Below, piece after piece: positions 19,085 to 28,218 of a stretch of DNA of 64,000 bases. Within the stretch, counting starts at the first letter, position 1, and each line of letters starts with the position of its first letter. The notes under the pieces are model-generated. The model was not told where the DNA came from, did not search any database, and saw nothing but the letters and a program-made list of their open reading frames with translations. The translations under genes were made by a program, and so were the position numbers. The stretch spans positions 102,250 through 166,249 of the forward strand of contig PCWQ01000007.1 of NCBI GenBank assembly GCA_002787405.1, in the 5' to 3' direction. This stretch comes from Candidatus Komeilibacteria bacterium CG11_big_fil_rev_8_21_14_0_20_36_20 (GTDB lineage Bacteria > Patescibacteriota > Patescibacteriia > UBA1558 > GWA2-36-10).

Positions 19085-20836
19085 TTAATTAGCTGTTGCC
19101 CAAAAAATCAACTGGCCATTTTTCTGTCCTTGCCCCGCAAAATCATCCGGTATGCTCAAAGATACATTGACTGCATCAGATAAACTAACCGGCAAAGAAA
19201 GATTGTAATTCTCCCAAAGCTCCTGATTTAAAATAGTGTGACTAGAAAAAGGATCATCGCCTAAAACACTGGCTTCAATATAAATATTTACATTACCGGT
19301 GTTGCTTAAAACCAGAATTGTTTCGGCTGATTGCCCCGGATTTAAAATGCCAAAATTAATATTAGTTTGATCAACATTAAAAGCGATCACATCGCCGCCA
19401 TGATGACCGCCGTTTTCAATATTGACTGATAAATCAACTGTATTGGAAATTCCCTGGCCAATGGTGATATATACTTTGTTACTTCTAATATATAATTCTG
19501 TTTGTTCGGCCCAGACCGGATAAACTCCTTCTGTCTCTAAAGTGACGTTAACTTGACCATTATTATCTGCTGTATAAATTGCTGAACCAACATGCACTTC
19601 CGCCTGCGGCCAAGCCAGCCAGTTCTGTCCGTCAAAATAACTAGCTGAGACAGTTAAATTATTATCATTCAAATTGGCTTCTACTCTTCCTGGATAGACG
19701 GTCAAGCCGCCATAGCCCCATAAAACACTATCGCCTGCCTCCAACTGATAATTATCAACTGAAACCATGCCGGTCTGCCAATTAACCCAATAGTGCCAAC
19801 CATTTATTCCTTCTGCCTCCAGACCATCAATCATGGTAACATACATACCGTATTCAGTTTCAATGGCCTCATATTCAAAATTACAAACCTGCGAACCGAC
19901 TGCCAACAAATCCAGCACTGTTTGCGCTTCTAAGTCACTAGCCAAACAAATAGTCTGGTCAAGCCCTTCAATGCGTAAATCAACTCCGACGGGCGTACTG
20001 CCATTTTCTAAAATAATATAATTAACAGGATAGGTGCGACCAGACAAACTTAATAGAGCATAAGCGGTCACTAAAGGAGAACCATCCTCATCAGCCGGCA
20101 ACCAAGCAAAAGATCCGTCTACTCGCTTTAAGCTGTCCATAAAAATCAATGGGTTATTTTCTCCAATCTGCCAAGTATTGACCGCCATATTCAATTTATT
20201 CAAGGCAGCAATAATCCAAGCAGTGGAAGCACCATCTGAATCACTGAATTGATCATAACCAAAACCACCGTCTTCATTCTGCACACTATGCAAATAATTT
20301 AAAGCGTTAACTATTTCTGGAGAAGAATTATCTAATCCCCCATCAACTAAAGCCATAATCGCTGCGGCCGTATCATTACTATCCGATGCTCCGCTGACTG
20401 ACCAACTCCAGCCCCCATCACTGTTTTGATGAGCTAGAATAAAATCTTTTAATAAAACCACATCATCTGTCTGATTAATCGAAGCCAAAGCCATTAATCC
20501 CCAAAAATCATCATTTAAGAGATCAGTTGATCCTAATTGTCCACTATTAAAATTACTGTTAATGGTGATGAGCAGACTTTCTAGAGACTGATAATCTTCA
20601 CTCTCCACAGCCGCTAAAGCTAAGGTATTTTTGACAGCGGTCATTAAATCGCTGGTATTAGGATTTAAATAGTCAAGATTAATATTCTCAACTTCCGCAG
20701 CCGCTAGGGCTTGGGTAATCCAAGCATTTTGGGCCTGATTTTGCAGATACTGAATAGTATCATCATATTCAGCTAAGATAATTAAAGGAGCTATTATGAA
20801 ACTCCCAATCAGCATAGAAAAAATTATCTTTTTCAT
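19085..20836 (-). CDS. Exported prenyltransferase/squalene-oxidase-repeat + DUF4430 (transcobalamin-like) protein; putative cobalamin binder
   Basis: QNSDGGW / QNEDGGFG / DGSF repeats; YGMYVTMIDG...GWHYWVN...L.AGDSVLW domain; downstream of a B12 riboswitch. Confidence 0.75.
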   Translation of the reverse strand: MKKIIFSMLIGSFIIAPLIILAEYDDTIQYLQNQAQNAWITQALAAAEVENINLDYLNPNTSDLMTAVKNTLALAAVESEDYQSLESLLITINSNFNSGQLGSTDLLNDDFWGLMALASINQTDDVVLLKDFILAHQNSDGGWSWSVSGASDSNDTAAAIMALVDGGLDNSSPEIVNALNYLHSVQNEDGGFGYDQFSDSDGASTAWIIAALNKLNMAVNTWQIGENNPLIFMDSLKRVDGSFAWLPADEDGSPLVTAYALLSLSGRTYPVNYIILENGSTPVGVDLRIEGLDQTICLASDLEAQTVLDLLAVGSQVCNFEYEAIETEYGMYVTMIDGLEAEGINGWHYWVNWQTGMVSVDNYQLEAGDSVLWGYGGLTVYPGRVEANLNDNNLTVSASYFDGQNWLAWPQAEVHVGSAIYTADNNGQVNVTLETEGVYPVWAEQTELYIRSNKVYITIGQGISNTVDLSVNIENGGHHGGDVIAFNVDQTNINFGILNPGQSAETILVLSNTGNVNIYIEASVLGDDPFSSHTILNQELWENYNLSLPVSLSDAVNVSLSIPDDFAGQGQKNGQLIFWATAN

Positions 20837-20873
20837 AATTTTATATCTTATTATTTTAATAAAGATAAGTTAA

Positions 20874-20911
20874 GTGCAGCAGGAAAAGGTCGCGACCTTT
20901 TCCTGCTGCAC
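20874..20911. repeat. Perfect 38-bp palindrome
   Basis: GTGCAGCAGGAAAAGGTCG|CGACCTTTTCCTGCTGCAC. Confidence 0.95.
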
Positions 20912-20915
20912 AAAA

Positions 20916-21314
20916 TCACGAATGGAGATGAGTTTTTGGCGGTCGATAATCAAATACGATTTGATTATTTTTTGTGATAATTAATGACTGTTTACGAGGA
21001 TCAAATAAAGCTGTGTTTATAGAATCTAAGACTAAAGCCCCATTAACATAAAACTTATAATCCCCAATTCCATTGCTATTAAAATCCATCATTAACCAAT
21101 CGCCAGGATACTCTGACCAGTTCCTTACATAAACCGGATTATACTCGGCTATAAAAAAAGCCACTGTATTTGGAGTTAATGAAAGACTGTTGCGAGTCAA
21201 TTTCAAATTATCCTCTTCAGCTCCGACAATATTATCTTGGCCGGTGCATTTCGTCAAAATTAAAGCAGCAAATGCCGACAAAGAGATAAAAAATCTCCTT
21301 CTATATTTATCCAA
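20916..21314 (-). CDS. Hypothetical exported protein/lipoprotein, first gene after the riboswitch
   Basis: TTG start with GGAGG SD; RRRFF-hydrophobic-C signal. Confidence 0.65.
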   Translation of the reverse strand: MDKYRRRFFISLSAFAALILTKCTGQDNIVGAEEDNLKLTRNSLSLTPNTVAFFIAEYNPVYVRNWSEYPGDWLMMDFNSNGIGDYKFYVNGALVLDSINTALFDPRKQSLIITKNNQIVFDYRPPKTHLHS

Positions 21315-21360
21315 AAGAACCTCCTACTCTAAAGAACAAAATTATATTTCATTGATTATT

Positions 21361-21432
21361 AAACAAAAAACTCTTCGTTAAGAAGAGTGAGGATAAATTT
21401 ATTATTGTTAATAAACTTATCCTTCCTCTCCT
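21361..21432 (-). terminator. Riboswitch expression platform (terminator and competing antiterminator)
   Basis: CTCTTC-TTAAC-GAAGAG-TTTTTT; the upstream GGAGAGGAAGGATAAG...TTTATCCTCACTCTTC stem overlaps its 5' arm. Confidence 0.75.
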
Positions 21433-21445
21433 TAGGAAAAAGAAT

Positions 21446-21540
21446 AAAATCATCAGAGCTCTGGCTTACCTCAACCAATGTGGAGAGGTATACAGTAGCT
21501 AGGACTGCGGAGGATTCTCACCTCACTTCCCTGATAAAAT
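21446..21540 (-). ncRNA. Cobalamin (B12) riboswitch, short class-II-like aptamer
   Basis: ATCAGGGAAGTGAGGTGAGAATCCTCCGCAGTCCTAGCTACTGTA...AAGCCAGAGCTCTGAT matches the B12 element motifs (AGGGAA, GGTG.AATCC, ACTGTA, AGCCAG). Confidence 0.88.
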
Positions 21541-21555
21541 TGTCAAAGTGATTAT

Positions 21556-21584
21556 ATTTTAGCAAAGGCAAAATTGGTTGTCAA
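21556..21584 (-). promoter_or_regulatory. sigma70 promoter of the riboswitch operon
   Basis: TTGACA-17-TAAAAT with TG extension. Confidence 0.8.
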
Positions 21585-21591
21585 ACCCAAA

Positions 21592-22086
21592 TTATTTACG
21601 CTTCTTTTTGCCTATCTTTCTGACAGAGGCGGTTTTCTTTTTAAGTAATCTATTTAATTCCTTTTGAAAAGTCTGAACATCTTTAAAAGACCGATACACA
21701 GAAGCATAGCGGATATAGGCAACTTGATCAAAAAATTTTAATCGCTTAATGACGATATCTCCTAGCTGTTTAGTAGTAATTTCTGAAGTGGCCTTTTTCT
21801 GAATATCTCTTTCAATTTCCCGAATCAATTTATGAAAATTCTCTTCCAGATAAGGACGCTTTTCCAAAGATGTTCTTAGACCCTTGATTAACTTATCGCG
21901 ATTATAAGTCTCCCGACGGCCATCTCTTTTAATGACTACCAAATCTAAAATCTCTACCTCCTCCAATGTAGAAAAACGAAAATTACACTTTCGACAAGCT
22001 CGACGCCGCCTAATGCTAAAACCCTCGCCGCTAAGACGAGAGTCTATTACTTTCGTATCCTGTGAATTGCAGATAGGGCAATTCAT
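21592..22086 (-). CDS. nrdR: Transcriptional repressor NrdR
   Basis: CPIC...VIDSR...RRRRAC..C..RFST zinc ribbon plus ATP cone. Confidence 0.97.
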   Translation of the reverse strand: MNCPICNSQDTKVIDSRLSGEGFSIRRRRACRKCNFRFSTLEEVEILDLVVIKRDGRRETYNRDKLIKGLRTSLEKRPYLEENFHKLIREIERDIQKKATSEITTKQLGDIVIKRLKFFDQVAYIRYASVYRSFKDVQTFQKELNRLLKKKTASVRKIGKKKRK

Positions 22087-23264
22087 TATTTTCTATTTTT
22101 TAATTTTTTTCTTAAAAAAGCGGGGATATCTAATTCTGCCTCTTCTGCTGTTTTTGGCACTTCTTCTATTTCTATTTCTTCCTCTTTCTCTGGCCGAAAA
22201 GCTTTCCTAACCTGCCTTTCTTCAGTTTTTTTAGCAAATGCCTCGGGATAAGATATGGCTGGCTGAGCGGCATTGGCTGCACTTTTGACTTCTTCTGATC
22301 CTTTAAAACCAGTAGCAATAACTGTCACCTTAACTGCTTCGCCTAGAGATTCATCGATTACTGCGCCAAAAATAATCTTAGCGTCTGGATCGCAATTAGC
22401 AGTAATAATTTCAGCTGCTTCGCTAACTTCAAACATAGATAAACTGCTGCTACCAGCAATAGTGAATAAAACTCCTGTGGCACCGTCAATGGATAATTCC
22501 AATAAAGGACTATCGATGGCTGCTTTAGCTGCCTCTTGAGCCCGATTCTCTCCGGTGCTAGTACCAATTCCCATCAAAGCAGAGCCAGCTTGCTGCATAA
22601 TGGCTTTAACATCCGCAAAATCAACATTTACTAGACCGGGAACAGTAATTAGTTCTGAAATTCCCTGCACGCCCTGTTGTAATACTTCATCGACAATAGA
22701 AAAAGCTTCAAGTAAGGAAGTTTTTTTATCAATAATCTGTAGTAAACGATCATTAGGAATAGTAATAGTGGTATCAACTTTGTCTAAGAGACGCTCTAAC
22801 CCCCGATCAGCAATGTCTTTCCTTTGCATACCTTCAAAAGTAAAAGGTTTAGTCACTACTGCCACAGTCAAAGCACCTACTTCCCGAGCAATATCAGCAA
22901 TAATTGGCGCTGCTCCCGTGCCTGTACCACCACCTAAACCACAAGTAATAAAAACCATATCTGAGCCCTGCAAGGCGTCCATGATCTGTTGTTCATTCTC
23001 TTCTGCACTCTTTAAACCTAAATCAGGATCCATACCAGCGCCTAAACCCTTGGTTGTATTGCGTCCAATATGAATCTTACTAGGAGCAATTGAGTGATGA
23101 AGAGCTTGCGCATCGGTGTTGACAGCAATAAATTGCACTCCTCTAATTTTAGAAGAAACCATCCGATTAACAGCGGATCCACCTGAACCGCCTACTCCAA
23201 CCACTTTTATATTGGCAAAAGTTTCTATAGGAGGGACTACTTCTTTTAAGCTTTTTCTAGGCAT
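22086..23264 (-). CDS. ftsZ: Cell division protein FtsZ
   Basis: GGGTGTG, NVDFADV, C-terminal DIPAFLR. Confidence 0.99.
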   Translation of the reverse strand: MPRKSLKEVVPPIETFANIKVVGVGGSGGSAVNRMVSSKIRGVQFIAVNTDAQALHHSIAPSKIHIGRNTTKGLGAGMDPDLGLKSAEENEQQIMDALQGSDMVFITCGLGGGTGTGAAPIIADIAREVGALTVAVVTKPFTFEGMQRKDIADRGLERLLDKVDTTITIPNDRLLQIIDKKTSLLEAFSIVDEVLQQGVQGISELITVPGLVNVDFADVKAIMQQAGSALMGIGTSTGENRAQEAAKAAIDSPLLELSIDGATGVLFTIAGSSSLSMFEVSEAAEIITANCDPDAKIIFGAVIDESLGEAVKVTVIATGFKGSEEVKSAANAAQPAISYPEAFAKKTEERQVRKAFRPEKEEEIEIEEVPKTAEEAELDIPAFLRKKLKNRK

Positions 23265-23294
23265 TTATTTTATCTCTCTTACTTATTTTAATAA

Positions 23295-24545
23295 TTAAGT
23301 GGAGGGCCATAATGACCTGAACCACTTTTTAGTTTTATCGCCAAGACGGTTAACAACTGAAAAATTACTCATCCAGCCATTGCCCGCGTCTAAATTTTTA
23401 TCAGCCCAAATTACTAGGCCCAGAGCAGTAGTGTATTCTAAATCATTCAGCTTATCAATGGGGAAATTACTTTCTACTGGCAATCCTAAGAATACTGGCA
23501 ACTGAAAAATTTCTTTAGCTAAATCAACAGCCAGCGGCAATTTTGCCCCACCGCCGGTTAAAATTACTCCTGCTGGTAATTTACCATCTCTTTCTATTTT
23601 TTTCAACTCATCATTAACTAATTGAAAAATTTCATCCATCCGCGCTCCGGCAATATCAGCAATATCTTTCTTATAAACATAGCTGCCTTTCTTTTCTTCT
23701 TCAGAATACTTATTTAAATCAATTTCATCTCGTTTAGAAATATCCTCGCCAAGGGCTTGGGCCTGATCCAACTTAACCGCTTCCGCTGTTTCAATAGATG
23801 TTTTTAAACCAATCGCCAAATCATTGGTGATATGACCCGAACCAATTGGCAAAACAGCTGTATACAAAATACTGCCTTCCTCAAAAACGGCAATAGAGGT
23901 AGTAGCCGCGCCGATATTAACTACAGCTACTCCTAAATCTTTTTGTTTTTGAGTTAACACAGCTTCCGCTGTTGCCAAAATAGAAAAGACTATATCCTCA
24001 ATATCCACTCCTGTCCTATAAATACATTTAGTTAAACTTTTTAACTGGGAAGATAAAGCCATAACAACCTGCGTTTCTACTTCTAAACGAACCCCTGACA
24101 TACCAAGTGGATCTTTGATATTTTTTTGATCGTCCAAATTATAAGTAATCGGTAAAATATCTAATAATTCATAATTAGGCAACATAATCATCCTTTCTGC
24201 TACCTCTCTAGCCCGCTCTAAATCAGACTCATCCACCTGTTCATTAGCCCGAGCCACTGCTACTACTCCTTTACTATTGACTGTTTTAATATGGGTTCCT
24301 GACATGCCAACTACCATCCGATCAATATGAAGACCGGTCATTCGTTCACATTTTTCTATAGTTTCTGAAATAGAAGAAACAGCATCTTCAATTGATGTTA
24401 TGCTGCCCCGACTAATACCCTCTGCTGGGGTTTCTGCCGCCCCTATTACCTTCAAACGACCATCTGGGAGTCTTTGTGCCATTACGATTCTAACCGCGCT
24501 ACTGCCGATATCAAGGCCCGTAATCATGTCTTTACTGCTCGCCAT
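23295..24545 (-). CDS. ftsA: Cell division protein FtsA
   Basis: GLDIGSS, LTGGGAKL; upstream of ftsZ. Confidence 0.97.
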   Translation of the reverse strand: MASSKDMITGLDIGSSAVRIVMAQRLPDGRLKVIGAAETPAEGISRGSITSIEDAVSSISETIEKCERMTGLHIDRMVVGMSGTHIKTVNSKGVVAVARANEQVDESDLERAREVAERMIMLPNYELLDILPITYNLDDQKNIKDPLGMSGVRLEVETQVVMALSSQLKSLTKCIYRTGVDIEDIVFSILATAEAVLTQKQKDLGVAVVNIGAATTSIAVFEEGSILYTAVLPIGSGHITNDLAIGLKTSIETAEAVKLDQAQALGEDISKRDEIDLNKYSEEEKKGSYVYKKDIADIAGARMDEIFQLVNDELKKIERDGKLPAGVILTGGGAKLPLAVDLAKEIFQLPVFLGLPVESNFPIDKLNDLEYTTALGLVIWADKNLDAGNGWMSNFSVVNRLGDKTKKWFRSLWPST

Positions 24546-24631
24546 GTTCTGTTTATTTTTTTAAAATTAAAACTAACTAATTTGTACCGTAATTATAACT
24601 AAATTGTAACGATTTGCCAAATAAATAAATT

Positions 24632-24967
24632 TTATAAAAACACTATAAAACCAATAACAATAGCAAAAATAGAAGCTAATAAAACCGCTGCGGCCAATAA
24701 ATCTTTGACTTCTTTAGCAAAATGATGAGTCTTGGGAGCCAACATATCTACTAAACGCTCAACGGCTGAATTAAAAATCTCCAAAGACAATATTAAAATT
24801 ATAATTAATAATAACCCTACTAATAAATCATCCTCTATACCTATAATTAAGGCAAAAATTATGACTAAAACAGCCACAATGGAAAGAATTCTAAAACTTC
24901 TCTCAGTTGATAAGACTGTTCTGAGACCTCTCAACGCGTATTTTAAATTATGAAAAACGGATGGCAT
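24632..24967 (-). CDS. dgkA: Diacylglycerol/undecaprenol kinase family protein
   Basis: ALRGL...E..F, EIFNSAVERLVD, KDLLAAAV. Confidence 0.9.
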   Translation of the reverse strand: MPSVFHNLKYALRGLRTVLSTERSFRILSIVAVLVIIFALIIGIEDDLLVGLLLIIILILSLEIFNSAVERLVDMLAPKTHHFAKEVKDLLAAAVLLASIFAIVIGFIVFL

Positions 24968-25404
24968 TAATTAATTTTCTGCTTTAATAAATTTAAAACC
25001 TCTTCTTCTAGCCGACTCTGTTGTTTAGCGTGTTTTAAACCAAGTTGGTGATCATAACCTAGGAGATGTAGAATGCCATGGATAGTTAAAAGCTTTAATT
25101 CGGATGAGATAGTTTCTCTCTTGTCTTGAGCTTGTTTTTTAGCTATCTCCAAACAAATTACAACCTCACCCAAAATCTCCTGACTGTCTATATTAAAGGA
25201 TAAAACATCGGTTATTTTATTTTGATGACGATAAACTCTATTTAATCTTCTGATCTCTGACTTACTCACTAAAGCCAACGAAATAATTTGCTGACCCCTG
25301 GCTAATATTTTAAATTTACGCGCTAAAATTGTTTCCAAAGCTGACAGCCAATCAAAATCAGCGCGTTGCCCCCTCTTGTTAATTTGCAATAATTTACTTT
25401 GCAT
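24967..25404 (-). CDS. ybeY: rRNA maturation RNase YbeY
   Basis: TDVLSF, HGILHLLGYDH. Confidence 0.95.
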   Translation of the reverse strand: MQSKLLQINKRGQRADFDWLSALETILARKFKILARGQQIISLALVSKSEIRRLNRVYRHQNKITDVLSFNIDSQEILGEVVICLEIAKKQAQDKRETISSELKLLTIHGILHLLGYDHQLGLKHAKQQSRLEEEVLNLLKQKIN

Positions 25405-25410
25405 TCAAAT

Positions 25411-26514
25411 TTACTGCTCAAGTAAATTAAAACTATTAAGCATCATCTCAAAGGTGGTGGCAAAATGTACGCCTGATAGTTCATTAATTGTATAAACAAT
25501 CCGATAAATACGCTGATTAACCGCCATCAAAACCTCAAAACCATCTACTGATCTCAAAGCGGCTTGACCACCTAAGCTGTAATTCTCAAACTCTCCTGGG
25601 GCAAAAGCTTGCTGCCATTCAGATAAAGGTAATTCCTGTTTATTATTTTCTACTACTTCTACGCTGATAAATTCACCACTTTCTGAATCGGGTAAAAATA
25701 AAATTTGGCTTGTTTTTTCGTCAGCGGCTTGTGATATCCAAATAGTTGGCCTAAAAATACTATACCCAAAAACATTATTGCTATATTGAGTAACTAATCC
25801 TGAATCAGCCAAGAGGTCGTTAGGTGCTATGGGACTATATAAATTCTGCACCTCCATCCCGTCTTTATAGCCATCTCTATCTGTATCATCGCGACGAGGA
25901 TTGCTAGAATAGATAATCTCTTCTTCTGTAGTTAAGCCGTCTTGATCACTATCTATAACTGATTCATTCTGATTTTCATTATCATTAGCATTCTCATTGC
26001 CGTTTATATTCTGGTTGCTATTATTATTTTGGTTAGAATTCTCGTTATTATTTTGGTTACTGTTGTTATTCTGATTTTCATTATCATTAGCATTAGCATT
26101 CTCATTGCCGTTTATATTCTGGTTGCTATTATTATTTTGGTTAGAATTCTCGTTATTATTTTGGTTACTGTTCTGGTTAATATTTGTATTATTAATATTA
26201 AGCTGGTTATCCTCCACATTTTTGTTAATATACCAAACACCAAAACCAATCACACCACCGATAAACACAATAAAAATAACCCCGCCGATAATCATTTTTT
26301 TAATGTTTCTTTTTGAGTTAGTTGGCTGACCGATTAAAAATTTCTTCGGCATGATATGAATTTCGCCATCCTTAACAGGCACGCTGTTGGTATCATTTGT
26401 CTTCTTGCTTTGAAAATCATTCCCTACTAAATTATCAACCTCCAGTTGTTGGTCATTATTTTGAGATGAGTCTTGATTGAGCAAATCTCTACCATGATTT
26501 GGATTAGTAAACAT
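25411..26514 (-). CDS. Membrane-anchored protein: Asn-rich linker, Ca-binding TSP3-like repeats, PsbP-like C-terminal domain
   Basis: TM helix; NQNNN repeats; DSDQDGLT / DTDRDGYKDG. Confidence 0.75.
   Translation of the reverse strand: MFTNPNHGRDLLNQDSSQNNDQQLEVDNLVGNDFQSKKTNDTNSVPVKDGEIHIMPKKFLIGQPTNSKRNIKKMIIGGVIFIVFIGGVIGFGVWYINKNVEDNQLNINNTNINQNSNQNNNENSNQNNNSNQNINGNENANANDNENQNNNSNQNNNENSNQNNNSNQNINGNENANDNENQNESVIDSDQDGLTTEEEIIYSSNPRRDDTDRDGYKDGMEVQNLYSPIAPNDLLADSGLVTQYSNNVFGYSIFRPTIWISQAADEKTSQILFLPDSESGEFISVEVVENNKQELPLSEWQQAFAPGEFENYSLGGQAALRSVDGFEVLMAVNQRIYRIVYTINELSGVHFATTFEMMLNSFNLLEQ
25966..26172. repeat. Near-perfect ~100-bp tandem duplication inside the Asn-rich linker
   Basis: 25966-26064 repeats at 26068-26172; the second copy has an extra TAGCAT. 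Confidence 0.9.
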
Positions 26515-26551
26515 AATTATAACTTTTTATTATTTAATTTTTTATTAATTA

Positions 26552-27436
26552 TTACTCAACTAATACTCCTTCTCCTAAAGGATTATAGCCGTTGCTTACT
26601 TCTAGGCCATCGCTATAACCATCGTCATCTGTGTCAGGATTATTAGGGTCGGTCTGCCAAATATTGATCTCGTCATAATCTGATAAACCATCATCGTCTG
26701 AATCACTTGAGGTCGGATCTGTTTTATAGGTTACTGCTTCCTCGCGATCAAACAAACCATCATTATCTGAATCAGGATTTAAAGGATCACTGCCTAATTC
26801 CTTTTCTTCAGCATTGGTTAAACCATCTGAATCATCATCCATCTCTTCCTCATTAAGAGGTGGGACATTAACATTCTCATTAAGATTAATATTCTGATTA
26901 ATCTCTTCATTAGCATTATCATTGAGATTAAAATTGGTGTTAGTATTCAAATTAACGTTTTGATTTAATTCTATGTTGGCATTATCCCCTGAGTTGAATT
27001 TACCAGTCGCAAATAAATAAATTACCACTACTACTGCTAAAGCAACCAAAACACCAAAAATTATAATAATCTTCTTTCTCATTATTCCTTCTCTTTCGTC
27101 TTTAACTACCATCTTATCAAGTGATGATGTGCTTGGTGGCGGCTGACTGGACGGCAGAGAGGTTTGAGAAATCGGCTTTAATTTGCCCGATTGCAACCCG
27201 CTTAAAGACCCTGATGCTGAAGAGACCGCCACAGGAGCTTTATCAGCCACCGGATCAACATCAGCAAACATATCGTCAATTTTACCTGAAGCCGAAACCG
27301 ATTCCATTTTTGACACTTGACCTTCTGCTTGAACTGGTTCTTTAGCTGGTTCTGAAGTTGATGATGAAGTAGTTGGTTGAGGTATTTGAAAATCAGTATT
27401 TAAATTTTGTTTACTTTGTTTTAAATCATCAAACAT
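26552..27436 (-). CDS. Membrane-anchored protein with Asn-rich linker and bacterial TSP3-like Ca-binding repeats
   Basis: Four DxDxDGLxD..E...xDP repeats after a TM helix. Confidence 0.85.
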   Translation of the reverse strand: MFDDLKQSKQNLNTDFQIPQPTTSSSTSEPAKEPVQAEGQVSKMESVSASGKIDDMFADVDPVADKAPVAVSSASGSLSGLQSGKLKPISQTSLPSSQPPPSTSSLDKMVVKDEREGIMRKKIIIIFGVLVALAVVVVIYLFATGKFNSGDNANIELNQNVNLNTNTNFNLNDNANEEINQNINLNENVNVPPLNEEEMDDDSDGLTNAEEKELGSDPLNPDSDNDGLFDREEAVTYKTDPTSSDSDDDGLSDYDEINIWQTDPNNPDTDDDGYSDGLEVSNGYNPLGEGVLVE

Positions 27437-27456
27437 AAATATAGTTTAATTTATAA

Positions 27457-28215
27457 TTACATTTCGCTTAAACAATTTTGTTTATACTCCTGGAGCGGAA
27501 TACGCGAACAAATACTAGGATCATTATCAGCTATGGCACGATTCATTAAAATAACGCTCTGGCATATCTCTTGAAAGTCATTACTGACAATAAAACTATT
27601 ATTGCAAAAATTTAAATCCTTTTGCTGGGCAATGACGCTGTGTATACAGCTCTCTTTAATCTGGTTATCAATAATATCGCCGCATAGAGAAACATTGTTT
27701 TGCTCCCTGGCTTGACTGCTGGAAACATAATCAAGACAAACATCTTTAGTCTCTGAATTACTGATTGAATGACAAAATTTCTTGTCATTTTTTTTTAAGG
27801 CAAAAGCTAAATAACAATCGTCTTCTAAATCCACCAAGCTGCACAATTCTGGATCATTAAGAATAACTACCTGCCTTAACTTAACGCCGGCCAAACATTC
27901 CTCTTTTTCTGTTTGGTTTGACAGCCTCTCGCAAGATCTCTGATATTTCAACAAAGAAAAATAATTTTCCGGCTGATCTAATATTGCCAGATCAGCTGAT
28001 GATAATCCTTCTAAAAAATCTACTTCCACAGCTTGACTTGGCTCAAATGGTTGATTATTAGTATTATTATTTGGCTGATTGACATTAGAATAAATATTGC
28101 TGTTTTCTATTGATGTATTGTTGTTACTCAGAAAAAAATAATAACTAATCCAAAAAACGCCGGATATTATTATCATGGTCAGAACGATTAAGCTAACTGT
28201 CTTACTGTGTGTCAT
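27457..28215 (-). CDS. Membrane-anchored Cys-repeat helical protein
   Basis: N-terminal TM; repeated C-x2-I-x6-C pairs. Confidence 0.75.
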   Translation of the reverse strand: MTHSKTVSLIVLTMIIISGVFWISYYFFLSNNNTSIENSNIYSNVNQPNNNTNNQPFEPSQAVEVDFLEGLSSADLAILDQPENYFSLLKYQRSCERLSNQTEKEECLAGVKLRQVVILNDPELCSLVDLEDDCYLAFALKKNDKKFCHSISNSETKDVCLDYVSSSQAREQNNVSLCGDIIDNQIKESCIHSVIAQQKDLNFCNNSFIVSNDFQEICQSVILMNRAIADNDPSICSRIPLQEYKQNCLSEM

Positions 28216-28218
28216 ATA

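Noticed and set aside
25966-26172. CRISPR array
   Set aside because: The repeats are in-frame coding duplications with no unique spacers; no cas genes in the window.
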